Assembly: GCA_963695095.1 (NCBI GenBank)
Contig: CAVOFT010000001.1
Location: forward strand, 2,976,001 to 3,040,000
Direction: 5' to 3'
Source: an uncultured bacterium
GTDB taxonomy: Bacteria > Krumholzibacteriota > Krumholzibacteriia > JACNKJ01
DNA length: 64,000 bases
The notes under the pieces were generated by a model. It was not told where the DNA came from and did not search any database. It was given only the letters and a program-made list of their open reading frames with translations. Below, piece by piece: positions 1 to 9,507 of the stretch; positions within the stretch are counted from its first letter, which is position 1, and each line of letters opens with the position of its first letter. The position numbers were made by a program, and so were the translations under genes.

Positions 1-9
1 GGCGCCCCG

Positions 10-597
10 GTGGGCTTGATCTACGGCGTGCCGGTGGCTCCGGATTTCTGGCCGCCTGCGGAAGTCGGTGGCGGCTCGCCGCGGGCCGCGCGCGAGGTGG
101 CCGATCTCCGCTTCGAGCTCAGCGAGGCCAGCACCGTGCGCTTCCTCGTGCAGGACTTCCTCTACCGGCCTCGCCGTGTGCTGATCGACGGCGCCATGCT
201 GCCAGGCGGCGAACACAGCATTCTCTTCGACTGGGCCGACGAGACGGGCTCCCCTCTCCCGAACGGGCTCTACGGCACGCGCCTGGAGATCACGCGGGAG
301 GGCTTCCATGACGTGCAGCAGCAGGGCGGCCTTCTGCGCAACTCGCTGAGCTGGGACTTCGGTGGCGAGATCGGCCCCCTGCTCACGACGGACGCCGACG
401 GCAGCTTCCGCATTCCCTTCAGCGAGCTGCCGATCGGCGCGTGGGCCTACTGCTGGGATCGGGACATCTGCACGATTCCCGACACGCTCTGGGTGCAGTC
501 GGGGGTGCCGGGCTTCCGCGCGCGCCGGCTCCTGCGCATCGATGGCTTCGACGCCGATCTTCCCGTCACCCTGCGCTGGACTCAGCGGCGCGATTGA
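10..597 (+). CDS. Hypothetical protein with FlgD-Ig-like segment, probably 5'-truncated by the window edge
   Basis: ORF contains LRFELSEASTVRFLVQD...HSILFDWADETGSPLPNGLY, similar to the FlgD-type domains elsewhere in the window; frame is open from the window start. Confidence 0.55.
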   Translation: MGLIYGVPVAPDFWPPAEVGGGSPRAAREVADLRFELSEASTVRFLVQDFLYRPRRVLIDGAMLPGGEHSILFDWADETGSPLPNGLYGTRLEITREGFHDVQQQGGLLRNSLSWDFGGEIGPLLTTDADGSFRIPFSELPIGAWAYCWDRDICTIPDTLWVQSGVPGFRARRLLRIDGFDADLPVTLRWTQRRD

Positions 598-1472
598 TCC
601 CCGCGCCGGCGGCGGCCGTCCGGCTTGCTCAAGGCCTCCGCATCGCTCCCAGCGCGCTCGCCGCCCCCCTTCGCGCCCGCCGCAGCCGCCCGCGCCCGCG
701 CGGGTTCCGGCGCCGGCGCGGGCCGCGCCGGCGGCAACGTCGACCCGCCGCGGTCGATCCAGGCCAGGGTGCCGCTGATCTGCGCCTTGAAGCGCAGCAG
801 CGCCCACTCGGGTTCGAGCCGGCGCAGCGCGAAGGGATCCCGGCCCGTGCTCATGGCGCCGGTCGCGGGGAAGAGCACCGAGGTGTAGCCGAAGGCGGCC
901 AGCCGCGCCGGATCGATGAACCCCTCGCCCCCGGGCGGACAGGCAAAGTGACGCACTGGGTAGCCGAGCTGCTGCTCGATGTCCAGGCCCATGCGCCAGA
1001 TCTCGCGCTCGATCTCCGATTCGCCCGCCAGGCCCGCACAGTCGATGCTGCTGCGCCCGTGATTGCCCACCTGCAGCAGGGCCGGGTCCAGGGCGCGCAA
1101 TTCGCACCAGCTGGCCCGCGCGCTCGGACCTGTCTCCGCGGGCAGAGGTTCGGCCGGCACCTGCTCGGGCGCCACGTAGAGAATGCCCCGGGCGCCGAGC
1201 ACCTGCATCGCCGGGTAGGCCAGACGCACGGTGTTGCGCAGGCCACCGGTGAAGGCCAGCACGGCAAGCCGGCCCGACCGCGGGCGCGCGATCGCCTCGG
1301 CGAAGTCGTCCATGCCGAGGAAGCGGAAACCCGAGGTGTGCAGCACGGCGAGCTGCCACTTGAAGAGGGCAAGGGGAAAGCCCGTCGGATCGGCAGGCCC
1401 CTCGGCGAGGCGCGGATACTCGAGCACTAGCGGCCGCGGGGCGATTCGCCGCGTGAGGGCGTTCAGGCCCAT
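582..1472 (-). CDS. Polysaccharide deacetylase (NodB-like) family protein with degenerate motifs
   Basis: FKWQLAVLHTSGFRFLGMDD, LAVLAFTGG (TFDDG position), SWCELRAL..QVGNHG, VRHFACPPG; ATG at 1472 chosen, ORF track extends to 1607. Confidence 0.6.
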   Translation of the reverse strand: MGLNALTRRIAPRPLVLEYPRLAEGPADPTGFPLALFKWQLAVLHTSGFRFLGMDDFAEAIARPRSGRLAVLAFTGGLRNTVRLAYPAMQVLGARGILYVAPEQVPAEPLPAETGPSARASWCELRALDPALLQVGNHGRSSIDCAGLAGESEIEREIWRMGLDIEQQLGYPVRHFACPPGGEGFIDPARLAAFGYTSVLFPATGAMSTGRDPFALRRLEPEWALLRFKAQISGTLAWIDRGGSTLPPARPAPAPEPARARAAAAGAKGGGERAGSDAEALSKPDGRRRRGDQSRR

Positions 1473-1667
1473 CCGGTCGAGCCAGATGAAGGGCGCGTAG
1501 TCGCCAAGCCAGCGCAAGGCCGACCTCGCTTGCGAAAGGGTTGAGCGGGCCCATCCGGCGGGAGCCAGACCGAATGCTAGGATAGCGCAATCCCTCCGGT
1601 TTGGCAAAGTTCGAGAAATGAACTTCTGCCGATTGCTTGCATGAAAAACGAGATATATTCAATTCGA

Positions 1668-1699
1668 AGCTTGATATTCTCAAGCTATGTGACGATAAT
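1668..1699 (+). promoter_or_regulatory. Sigma70-like promoter (TTGATA-17-GATAAT) overlapped by inverted repeat AGCTTGA-N5-TCAAGCT
   Basis: TTGATA 1671-1676, GATAAT 1694-1699, inverted repeat 1668-1686, in an AT-rich gap upstream of the DUF2089 gene. Confidence 0.6.
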
Positions 1700-1721
1700 G
1701 GCCATGAAAGGCGAGGTGGCG

Positions 1722-2087
1722 ATGGATATCTCCAAGGCGACATGCCCGGGCTGCGGCCAGCCGATGCGCATCCGCCAGGTCCACTGCGAACCCTGCGGGG
1801 TCAATCTGGACGGGGATTTCGAGGTGTCGGCCCTGGCCCGGCTCTCCCTGGAGGAGCAGCTCTTCCTCACCGCCTTCCTGCGCCAGCACGGCAACATCCG
1901 GCGCATGGAGCGGCTCTTCGCGATCAGCTACCCCACGGTGAAGAACCGGCTCAATGCCCTCGCCGCCAAGCTCGACCGCCAGTTCAAGGTGCCCACGCCC
2001 GAGCTGCAGGTGCTCGAAGCGCTCGAGCGCGGCGAGATCGACGTCGAGCAGGCCCTCGCGCGGCTCGAGCCCGGCGAGCGCGACTGA
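1722..2087 (+). CDS. DUF2089 family Zn-ribbon/HTH protein
   Basis: CPGC...CEPC zinc ribbon, GNIRRMERLFAISYPTVKNRL HTH, C-terminal VLEALERGEIDVEQAL; RBS GAGG upstream. Confidence 0.85.
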   Translation: MDISKATCPGCGQPMRIRQVHCEPCGVNLDGDFEVSALARLSLEEQLFLTAFLRQHGNIRRMERLFAISYPTVKNRLNALAAKLDRQFKVPTPELQVLEALERGEIDVEQALARLEPGERD

Positions 2088-2113
2088 CCCAAGGACCAGC
2101 CGAGGAGGCTGCC

Positions 2114-2599
2114 ATGTCCGAAGAACGCAAGAAGGTCCTGGAGCTGCTGGCCGGCGGCAAGATCACCGCCGAGGAAGCCGATCGCCTGCTGGAGCGCCTG
2201 CAGGGGCGCGGCCAGGGCGGTCCGGGCCACGGCCACGGCTGGGGCCGCCGGCATCGCCTGCGCGCCGCGCTGGGCGGGTCGGCGGCGGACCCGGAGACCG
2301 CCGCCGGCACGGATGGCGGCGAGGGCGAGTCCGCCCGACCGCTCCCCCGCTACCTGCGCGTCGTCGTCGACAGCGAGAGCGGCGAGAAGGTGAACATCCG
2401 CGTGCCGCTCAAGCTCGTGCGCACGGGCATCAAGCTGGGCGCCATGCTGCCCAAGGACGCCAAGGCGAAGATCGAGGCCAAGGGCATCGACCTGGAGAGC
2501 CTGGGCGGCAAGGACGCGGAGGAGCTGATCGCGGCGCTCGAAGAGCTGCAGGTCGACGTCGAGGACGGCAAGGACACCGTGCGCATCTTCTGCGAGTAG
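2114..2599 (+). CDS. SHOCT-like domain protein (DUF2089 operon partner)
   Basis: MSEERKKVLELLAGGKITAEEADRLL and EKVNIRVPLKLV...DVEDGKDTVRIFCE; GAGGAGG RBS. Confidence 0.8.
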   Translation: MSEERKKVLELLAGGKITAEEADRLLERLQGRGQGGPGHGHGWGRRHRLRAALGGSAADPETAAGTDGGEGESARPLPRYLRVVVDSESGEKVNIRVPLKLVRTGIKLGAMLPKDAKAKIEAKGIDLESLGGKDAEELIAALEELQVDVEDGKDTVRIFCE

Positions 2600-2638
2600 C
2601 CGGCGCGGGGCGCCGGCGGCCCTCCCATCGCGGCGCCC

Positions 2639-4372
2639 CTACTGCGTGGCGAAGAGGCGCTGGTAGCCCTCGTGCTCGGCGAGCAGGCCGGCATGCGTGC
2701 CCTCGTGCAGGATGCTGCCCCCCTCGAGCCAGAGCACGCGATCGGCGCGCTGGGCCGTGGCCTCGCGGTGCGTCGAGACCAGGATGCCCGCATCGGGCAG
2801 CTGGCTGCGCAGGTGGCCCCAGAACTGCTGCTCGGTGCGAGCGTCCAGGGCACTGGTGACGTCGTCGAGCACCAGCACGGACGGCGCGCCGGCCATGGCG
2901 CGGGCGATCGCCACCCGCTGCTGTTGGCCGCCGGAGAGGCCCTTGCCCCCCTGGGCGACCTCCTTGTCCACGGGCACCTCGCGCGTCAGGCGCGCCGTGC
3001 GCAGCGAGCGCAGCACGGCGTCCCCGCTCACGGTTTCGCGGTCGAGGCTCACGTTCATGCCCACGCTGCCGGCGAAGAGCTGCGGCTCCTGCGGCGCGTA
3101 GCCGATGTGCCGGGCGCGCACCTCGTCCTTGATGGCGGCCAGGGGCTGCGAACCCAGGCGCACCTCGCCCGCGTCCGGCGTGAGCAGGCCGGTGGCGCAC
3201 TCGAGCAGGGTGGACTTGCCGCAGCCCACCGGGCCGACCAGGGCCACGGTCTCGCCCGGCCGCACGCTGAGCGTGACATTGCGCAGCACGGCGAGCGGCT
3301 CGCCCTCGGCCCGCGGGTAGGCAAAGGAGAGCTGCTCCATCCTGAGCACGGGGTGCCGTTCGGGCAGATCCTCGCTGCCGGGCACGCGCTCGGGCGCCGC
3401 CTCCAGCTCCTGCATGCGCTTGATCGAGGTGTGCGTCACGCTCGTGCTCACGAAGAACCAGCTGATCGTCCACAGCGGCATCGTCAGGCCCGACAGGTAG
3501 GCGACGAAGGCGTAGAAGTCGCCGAGGGTGAAGCGGGGATCCGTGAAGACGAACCAGCCGCCGAGAAAGAGCACGATCACCAGGCCCACCTGGTTCATGA
3601 TCGAGAAGAAGCCCTCGAGCACGGCCTGCAGGGTGACCACGCGCTTCTCGGTGCGCTCACGCTCTTTCAGCACGCCGTCGAAGAGGCGCTCCTGCGCGCC
3701 CTCCATGCCGAAGCCCAGCACGATGCGCGAACCGGAGAAGCCGGCCTCGAGGGTCTCCACCGTGCGGCTCATCGCCTGCTGGCGCTCGTTGTAGCGGCGG
3801 TGCTGGAGCGTCTCCGTCCTGGAGAGCAGCCAGACGATCAGCGGCAGGGGCAGCGTGGAAGCCAGGGTCAGCTTCCAGTGCAGGCCGAACATGACGGCCA
3901 GGCTGAAGGCCAGCGTGAGCCCCGCCTCGATGGGCCGGAACACGCCCGAGCAGGCGTACCAGCCCAGCTTGTCGCCCTGGTCGATGTCGTCGGTGAGCCG
4001 CGCCACCAGATCGCCCGGCTTGAAGCGCTGGAAGAAGTCGTGCCGCTTGGCCAGGATGCGCCGCAGCTCCTCCAGGCGGATGCGCATGGCCACGGCCAGG
4101 TTCATCCAGGCGCGGCTGGAGGGCAGGAAGGCCTGGGTCAGGCTGCGCAGGAAGCCCATCGCCAGCAGGACGAGCACCCAGTTGCGCGCGCTCCCCAGGT
4201 TGGGCCGGCCCTCGGCATCCATCACGACCAGGGCATCGATGATGAACTTGAAGATCAGCGGATAGAGCGTGCGCGTGGCGATGCCCAGCACCGTGAGCAG
4301 GAAGACCACGCTGAGGCCGCCCCGCTCGCGCCGCCAGAAGGGCGCGAACCAGCTAAGCACTCTTTTCAGCAC
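2639..4372 (-). CDS. ABC exporter half-transporter (TMD+NBD), degenerate catalytic base
   Basis: Multiple TM helices, Walker A GPVGCGKST, LSGGQQQR signature, Walker B VLVLDD. Confidence 0.9.
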   Translation of the reverse strand: MLKRVLSWFAPFWRRERGGLSVVFLLTVLGIATRTLYPLIFKFIIDALVVMDAEGRPNLGSARNWVLVLLAMGFLRSLTQAFLPSSRAWMNLAVAMRIRLEELRRILAKRHDFFQRFKPGDLVARLTDDIDQGDKLGWYACSGVFRPIEAGLTLAFSLAVMFGLHWKLTLASTLPLPLIVWLLSRTETLQHRRYNERQQAMSRTVETLEAGFSGSRIVLGFGMEGAQERLFDGVLKERERTEKRVVTLQAVLEGFFSIMNQVGLVIVLFLGGWFVFTDPRFTLGDFYAFVAYLSGLTMPLWTISWFFVSTSVTHTSIKRMQELEAAPERVPGSEDLPERHPVLRMEQLSFAYPRAEGEPLAVLRNVTLSVRPGETVALVGPVGCGKSTLLECATGLLTPDAGEVRLGSQPLAAIKDEVRARHIGYAPQEPQLFAGSVGMNVSLDRETVSGDAVLRSLRTARLTREVPVDKEVAQGGKGLSGGQQQRVAIARAMAGAPSVLVLDDVTSALDARTEQQFWGHLRSQLPDAGILVSTHREATAQRADRVLWLEGGSILHEGTHAGLLAEHEGYQRLFATQ

Positions 4373-6149
4373 CGCGCGCCTCCTCCAGTTGCAGGGCCAC
4401 GAGGTCGGCGTAGCGGCCGCCCTGGGCCATCAGCTCCGCGTGGCTGCCGCTCTCAGTTATGCTCCCATCGACGAAGAGGATCCGATCCGCCCGCCGCACC
4501 GTGGACAGGCGGTGGGCGACCACCAGGGTGGTCCGCCCGCGGGTGAGGCGCTCGAGCGTCTCCTGGATGCGCCGCTCGGTGCCGGGGTCCACGCTGCTCG
4601 TCGCCTCGTCGAGGACGAGGATGGGCGGGTCCACGGCGAGCGCGCGCGCGAAGGCCATCAGCTGGCGCTGCCCATAGGAGAGGTCGCGGCCGCGGCTCTC
4701 GAGCAAGGAAGCGTAGCCCTGGGGCCGGCGGCGGATCACCTCGTCCAGGCCCGCCGTGCGCGCGGCCTCCTCGACCTGGCCCTCGCCGATCTCCGGGCGG
4801 AAGGCGCGCAGGTTGTCCGCCACGCTGGCCGGGAACAGGTAGAGGTCCTGCAGCACCAGCCCCAGGCGCCGACGCAACTCGCGCGGATCGAAGTCGCGCA
4901 GGTCGTTGCCGTCCATGGTGATCCGTCCCTCGCTGGGATCCATGAAGCGGCAGAGCAGGCTGACCAGGGTGCTCTTGCCCCCGCCCGTGGGGCCGACCAG
5001 GGCCACGGTTTCGCCCGCGGCGAGCGAGAAGCTCACGTCGTGCAGCACCGGCTTGCCGGGCTCGTAGGCGAAGCCCACGGATTCGAAGCGGATCAGCGCC
5101 GGCTCGTCGGGCACCGGCACCGGCTCGGCCGGCGCCGCCACCGCGGGCGCCGTGTCGAGCACCTGGAAGATGCGATCCGCCGCGCCGCCCGCGCGCTGGA
5201 TCTCGGCGAGCTGCTCCGACAGCGCGATGATCGGCCAGTAGATCTGGGCGATGAGCTGGGCGAAGGCGACCAGGGTGCCCACGGTGATCGTGCCCTCCCC
5301 CACCCAGCGGGCGCCGAGCCAGAGGGCGACCACCGTCATCGCGACTTCGAGGAAGCCGAGGGCGTGGAAGAGCCCGTACTCGAGGAAGTAGAGCTTCACC
5401 GAGAAGCGGTTGTAGCGGCGGTTCTCGGCCGCCACGCGCTCGCGCGCCCAGTCGCTGCGGCCCACGGCCTGCAGGAAGCGCGCGGCGGGCAGGGTCTCGG
5501 CGACGAGGCCCACCAGGCGCGCGTAGAGCGAGCGCTCCTTGCGGAAGCGCGGCCGCATCAGGCGGAAGATGGCGAAGGTGCCGGCCAGCATGAGCGGGAT
5601 CACCACGGCCGCCACGCCGAAGAGGCGCATGTCCAGCTTGGCCAGCACGACGAGGGCGCCGACCAGGGTGCCCAGGGCGTGCAGGATCTGCATCATCATC
5701 GTGCTGGTGAGGGCGACCAGGCGCTGGCTGTCGGACTCGATGCGGCTGACCAGCGTGCCCACGGGCAGCTTCTCGAGCCAGAGCACGCCGAGGCGGAAGA
5801 AGTGCCCGAAGAGCGAGCGCTTGATGGCGTTCACCGCCATCACGCCCGCCTTGCCGAGCAGGATGCCCGAGGCCAGCGCGGCCAGGCCCATGCCCACCAT
5901 CAGGCCCAGGTAGAGCAGGGCCGAGCGGAAGAGGCCGCCCAGGTCGCCGCCCGGCACGTCGACGTCGATGATGTGACGCAGCACCAGGGGCTGCCCCAGG
6001 TGCAGGGCGACGCCGACGAGCCCGAGCGCGAAGGCCGTCAGGAAGGCGGCCAGGTGCGGGCGGACGTAGGGGTGGATGCGGCGGAACATCTCCCAGGTCG
6101 GGAGCCGACCGGCTTCATCCAGGTCGCTGCTGTCGCGCTCCCACCACAT
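4353..6149 (-). CDS. ABC exporter half-transporter (TMD+NBD)
   Basis: Walker A GPTGGGKST, LSYGQRQ, ILVLDEATSSVD, VAHRLST; AAGGAG RBS before ATG 6149. Confidence 0.9.
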   Translation of the reverse strand: MWWERDSSDLDEAGRLPTWEMFRRIHPYVRPHLAAFLTAFALGLVGVALHLGQPLVLRHIIDVDVPGGDLGGLFRSALLYLGLMVGMGLAALASGILLGKAGVMAVNAIKRSLFGHFFRLGVLWLEKLPVGTLVSRIESDSQRLVALTSTMMMQILHALGTLVGALVVLAKLDMRLFGVAAVVIPLMLAGTFAIFRLMRPRFRKERSLYARLVGLVAETLPAARFLQAVGRSDWARERVAAENRRYNRFSVKLYFLEYGLFHALGFLEVAMTVVALWLGARWVGEGTITVGTLVAFAQLIAQIYWPIIALSEQLAEIQRAGGAADRIFQVLDTAPAVAAPAEPVPVPDEPALIRFESVGFAYEPGKPVLHDVSFSLAAGETVALVGPTGGGKSTLVSLLCRFMDPSEGRITMDGNDLRDFDPRELRRRLGLVLQDLYLFPASVADNLRAFRPEIGEGQVEEAARTAGLDEVIRRRPQGYASLLESRGRDLSYGQRQLMAFARALAVDPPILVLDEATSSVDPGTERRIQETLERLTRGRTTLVVAHRLSTVRRADRILFVDGSITESGSHAELMAQGGRYADLVALQLEEARGAEKSA

Positions 6150-6185
6150 GGGGACTCCTTGCCGGAGGGCGGCGTCGCCGCCATG

Positions 6186-6221
6186 AAAAAAGCACCTCAC
6201 CCGCCGAGGCAGGTGAGGCGC
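6186..6221 (-). terminator. Rho-independent terminator
   Basis: Minus strand GCGCCTCACCTGC-CTCG-GCGGGTGAGGTGC followed by TTTTTT, just after the stop at 6248. Confidence 0.8.
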
Positions 6222-6247
6222 CTAAGAGCGGATCGCTGCAGTCTAGA

Positions 6248-6865
6248 CTAGTAGAGCGCCTTGATGCTGCTGATCGTCGCGCCCTCGACCGGGATGTAGC
6301 CGCCCGGGAACTCGCAGAAGATGCCTTCGCGAGTCGGAGTCTCCACCACCAGGTTGTCCCAGTAAATGGTGGAGCCGGGATCCGTGTAGGTGCGCACCTC
6401 GACGACCAGGCCCGTATGGCCGCCGGTCATGGTCCAGGTGTAGCTGGTGACGTCCCAGCCTAGGCCGAGGCCGTAGTCGCTGTTGCCGCTGGCGCTGCCG
6501 TTGTAGGCGTTCACGTCCGTCGGGCTGTCGTTGTAGTGGCCCCAGATGCGGCCGCTCGGCGAAACAGCGGGCGTGTCGTCGTAGCGGGCGATGCTGGCCG
6601 TCACGACGTCGCCATCCATCAAGCCACGGATCCAGCAGACATAGCCCTGAGGCGTGCTGGTGTAATCGTCCACGGTCTTCAAGCTGTACATGCCAGCGTA
6701 GACGGGCTCGGGCGAGGTCACGTTGTAGGTGAGCATTCCGGGAGGCGAAAGCGGAAAGACGGACAGCAGGGTGCTCGTCCCATCCTCCCAGCCGAAGGTG
6801 AAGGTCTCCGCGGCGGCGGGGACCGCCAAGGCGACCAGAGCCAGAAGTAGAAGCAGTTTCTTCAT
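6248..6865 (-). CDS. Secreted beta-rich protein ending in PVEGATISSIKALY
   Basis: Signal peptide MKKLLLLLALVALAVPAAA; normal GC3-rich codon usage. Confidence 0.75.
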   Translation of the reverse strand: MKKLLLLLALVALAVPAAAETFTFGWEDGTSTLLSVFPLSPPGMLTYNVTSPEPVYAGMYSLKTVDDYTSTPQGYVCWIRGLMDGDVVTASIARYDDTPAVSPSGRIWGHYNDSPTDVNAYNGSASGNSDYGLGLGWDVTSYTWTMTGGHTGLVVEVRTYTDPGSTIYWDNLVVETPTREGIFCEFPGGYIPVEGATISSIKALY

Positions 6866-7020
6866 GCCAATCCCCCTAGGGTGCGATGCTTGATGTTCCA
6901 ACGGGTACGCGCGTAGTCCCGCCGCGCCCGCCCTCCGGGCCGGCCCTGGCGGAACGCTTCATCATACCATCTTCCATACCGGAGCGACAAGTCCGGCTAA
7001 GTGAAGTTTTCGCAAAGGGC

Positions 7021-8218
7021 CTACTTGATGACGCCCAAATCCTTGCCCACGGCCGTGAAGGCCGCGATCGCCTTGTCCAGCTGCGCCCGGTCGTGGGCCG
7101 CGGAGATCTGCACGCGGATGCGGGCCTTGCCCTGGGGCACCACGGGGTAGAAGAAGCCGATCACGTAGATGCCCTTGGCCAGCATGGCCTCGGCGAACTG
7201 CTGGCTGAGCTTGGCGTCCCCCAGCATGATGGGCACGATGGGGTGCACGCCGGGCACGATGTCGAAGCCGGCGGCGGTCATCTTCTCGCGGAAGTACTTG
7301 GTGTTGGCCTCGGTCTTGTCGCGGAGCGCCGTGCTGGCCATGATGATCTCGAGCGTCTTGAGCGCCGCGGCGACGATGGCCGGCGCCACGGTGTTCGAGA
7401 ACAGGTAGGGCCGGCACCGCTGGCGCAGCAGGTCGATGATCTCCTGGCGCCCGGTGGTGAAGCCGCCCGAGGCGCCGCCCAGGGCCTTGCCGAGGGTGGA
7501 GGTGATCACGTCCACGCGGCCGAGCACGCCGCAGTGCTCCACGCGTGCCGCGGCCGGTCGGGCCGAAGAAGCCGGTGGCGTGGGAGTCGTCGACCATGAC
7601 CATGGCGTCGTACTTGTCGGCGAGGTCGCAGATCTTGTCGAGCTGGGCGACGGTGCCGTCCATCGAGAAGACGCCGTCGGTGGCGATCATGATGCGCTTG
7701 GCGCCGGCCGCCTTGGCCTCGTCCAGCTGGGCCTTCAGGTCGGCCATGTCGTTGTTCGCGTAGCGGTAGCGCTTGGCCTTGCAGAGGCGGATGCCGTCGA
7801 TGATCGAGGCGTGGTTGAGCGCGTCGCTGATGATCGCGTCCTCTTCGCCCAGCAGCACCTCGAAGAGGCCGCCGTTGGCGTCGAAGCAGGCGGCGTAGAG
7901 GATGGTGTCCTCGGTGCCGAAGAACTCGGCGATCTTCGCCTCGAGCTCCTTGTGGATGTCCTGGGTGCCGCAGATGAAGCGCACCGAGGACAGGCCGAAG
8001 CCGTGCGTGTCCATGCCGGCCTTGGCCGCCTCGATGATCTCGGGGTTGTTGGACAGGCCCAGGTAGTTGTTCGCGCAGAAGTTCAGCACCTCGACGCCCG
8101 TGTTGAGCTTGATGGAGGCCTTCTGGTCGCTGACGATGATCCGCTCCCGCTTGTAGAGCCCCGCGGCCTCGATCTCGGCCAGCGTGGTCTTCAGCTCGGT
8201 GCGCACTTTGTCGAACAT
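7021..8218 (-). CDS. kbl: Glycine C-acetyltransferase (2-amino-3-ketobutyrate CoA ligase); frameshift near 7545
   Basis: [49 protein letters not shown] in one frame; [37 protein letters not shown] in the next. Confidence 0.92.
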
Positions 8219-8268
8219 GGAATCCTCCTGCCCGCTACGCGCGGTGCGTCTTGAGATAGAGGGAGCGC

Positions 8269-9249
8269 TCAGGCCAGCAGGCCCGCCGCCTGCTTCTTCT
8301 GCAGGGCGGCCAGCATGTCCTTGGTCATGGCGTCGAGGTCGTAGGCCGGCTTCCAGCCCCACTCGGCGCGCGCGGCGCTGTCGTCGATGGAATTGGGCCA
8401 GCTGTCGGCGATCGCCTGGCGGCGATCCGGCTCGTACTTGCAGGTGAAGGCCGGCATCGCCTTGCGGATGCTCGCCGCCAGCTCGCCGGCCGAGAAGCTC
8501 ATCGCGGCGATGTTGAAGTCGTTGTGGTGCTTGAGCGACTCGAAGGGCGCGTCCATCAGGTCCAGCGTGGCCTTGATGGCGTCGGGCATGTACATCATCG
8601 GCAGCTTGGTGTCCTCGCGCACGAAGCAGGTGTAGTGGCCCTGCTTGACGGCGTCGTAGTAGATGGCCACGGCGTAGTCCGTGGTGCCGCCGCCGGGCAG
8701 CGTCTCGTGGCTGATGATGCCCGGGTAGCGCACGCCGCGGCAGTCGAGGCCGAAGCGCTTGACGTAGTAGTCGGCCAGCAGCTCGCCGGCCACCTTGGTG
8801 ACGCCGTACATCGTCGTCGGCTTGAGCACGGTCTCGTTGGGCGTCATCTCCAGCGGGGCGCCCGGGCCCCAGACGGCGATCGAGCTGGGCACGAAGATGC
8901 GCAGGAGCTTCTTCTCCACGCCCACGTCCAGCACGTTCTTGAGGCCGACCATGTTCACGTCCCAGCAGAGCGCCGGGTTCTCCTCGCCCACCGCCGAGAG
9001 GATGGCCGCCATGTGGTAGATGGTGTCGATCGCGTACTTGTCCACCACCTCGGCCACGGAGGCCTTGTCGGAGACGTTGATGAAGGCGAAGGGGCCGCCG
9101 TCCAGCAACTCCTTGCTGGGCTTCGTCTTGCGCCCGGTGGCGATGACGTTCTCGCCGCCGAACTTCTGGCGCAGGGCGACGGTGAGCTCGGAGCCGATCT
9201 GCCCGACGGCGCCGGTGACCAGGATTCGCTTCATCTGTCGGGTGGCCAT
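8269..9249 (-). CDS. tdh: L-threonine 3-dehydrogenase, SDR/epimerase type
   Basis: GAVGQIG NAD motif, [17 protein letters not shown] (YxxxK), [26 protein letters not shown]; adjacent to kbl. Confidence 0.88.
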   Translation of the reverse strand: MATRQMKRILVTGAVGQIGSELTVALRQKFGGENVIATGRKTKPSKELLDGGPFAFINVSDKASVAEVVDKYAIDTIYHMAAILSAVGEENPALCWDVNMVGLKNVLDVGVEKKLLRIFVPSSIAVWGPGAPLEMTPNETVLKPTTMYGVTKVAGELLADYYVKRFGLDCRGVRYPGIISHETLPGGGTTDYAVAIYYDAVKQGHYTCFVREDTKLPMMYMPDAIKATLDLMDAPFESLKHHNDFNIAAMSFSAGELAASIRKAMPAFTCKYEPDRRQAIADSWPNSIDDSAARAEWGWKPAYDLDAMTKDMLAALQKKQAAGLLA

Positions 9250-9301
9250 GCCTAGCCTCGCTGGGTGGGTGTGGACGGACGCCTGCGGGGGCCGCGCGAC
9301 C

Positions 9302-9315
9302 CGCCCCCGGGGGCG
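9302..9315. repeat. Palindrome CGCCCCCGGGGGCG copy 1
   Basis: Exact 14-mer, intergenic upstream of tdh. Confidence 0.9.
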
Positions 9316-9407
9316 GCCTAGGCGCGGCAAACCGGCGCCAATCTAGTGCAATCGGACCCGGGAATCAAGATGGGGCGGCCCGGATCCGCGTCTCCCACCC
9401 CCGAACG

Positions 9408-9441
9408 AAAACGGGGAGGAGACCCGCAGGTCCCCTCCCCG
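9408..9441 (-). terminator. Rho-independent terminator
   Basis: Minus strand CGGGGAGGGGACC-TGCG-GGTCTCCTCCCCG followed by TTTT, downstream of the stop at 9508. Confidence 0.7.
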
Positions 9442-9507
9442 ATGCAGGCGCTTCTCCGCGTCCCCTCGCGCGCGAAACAACGCGCGCTTGGAGACGCGAA
9501 GGCGCGC

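Noticed and set aside
2639..6149. Degenerate ABC motifs (LDD, LSYGQ) as a novelty
   Set aside because: One degenerate nucleotide site is normal for heterodimeric ABC exporters.
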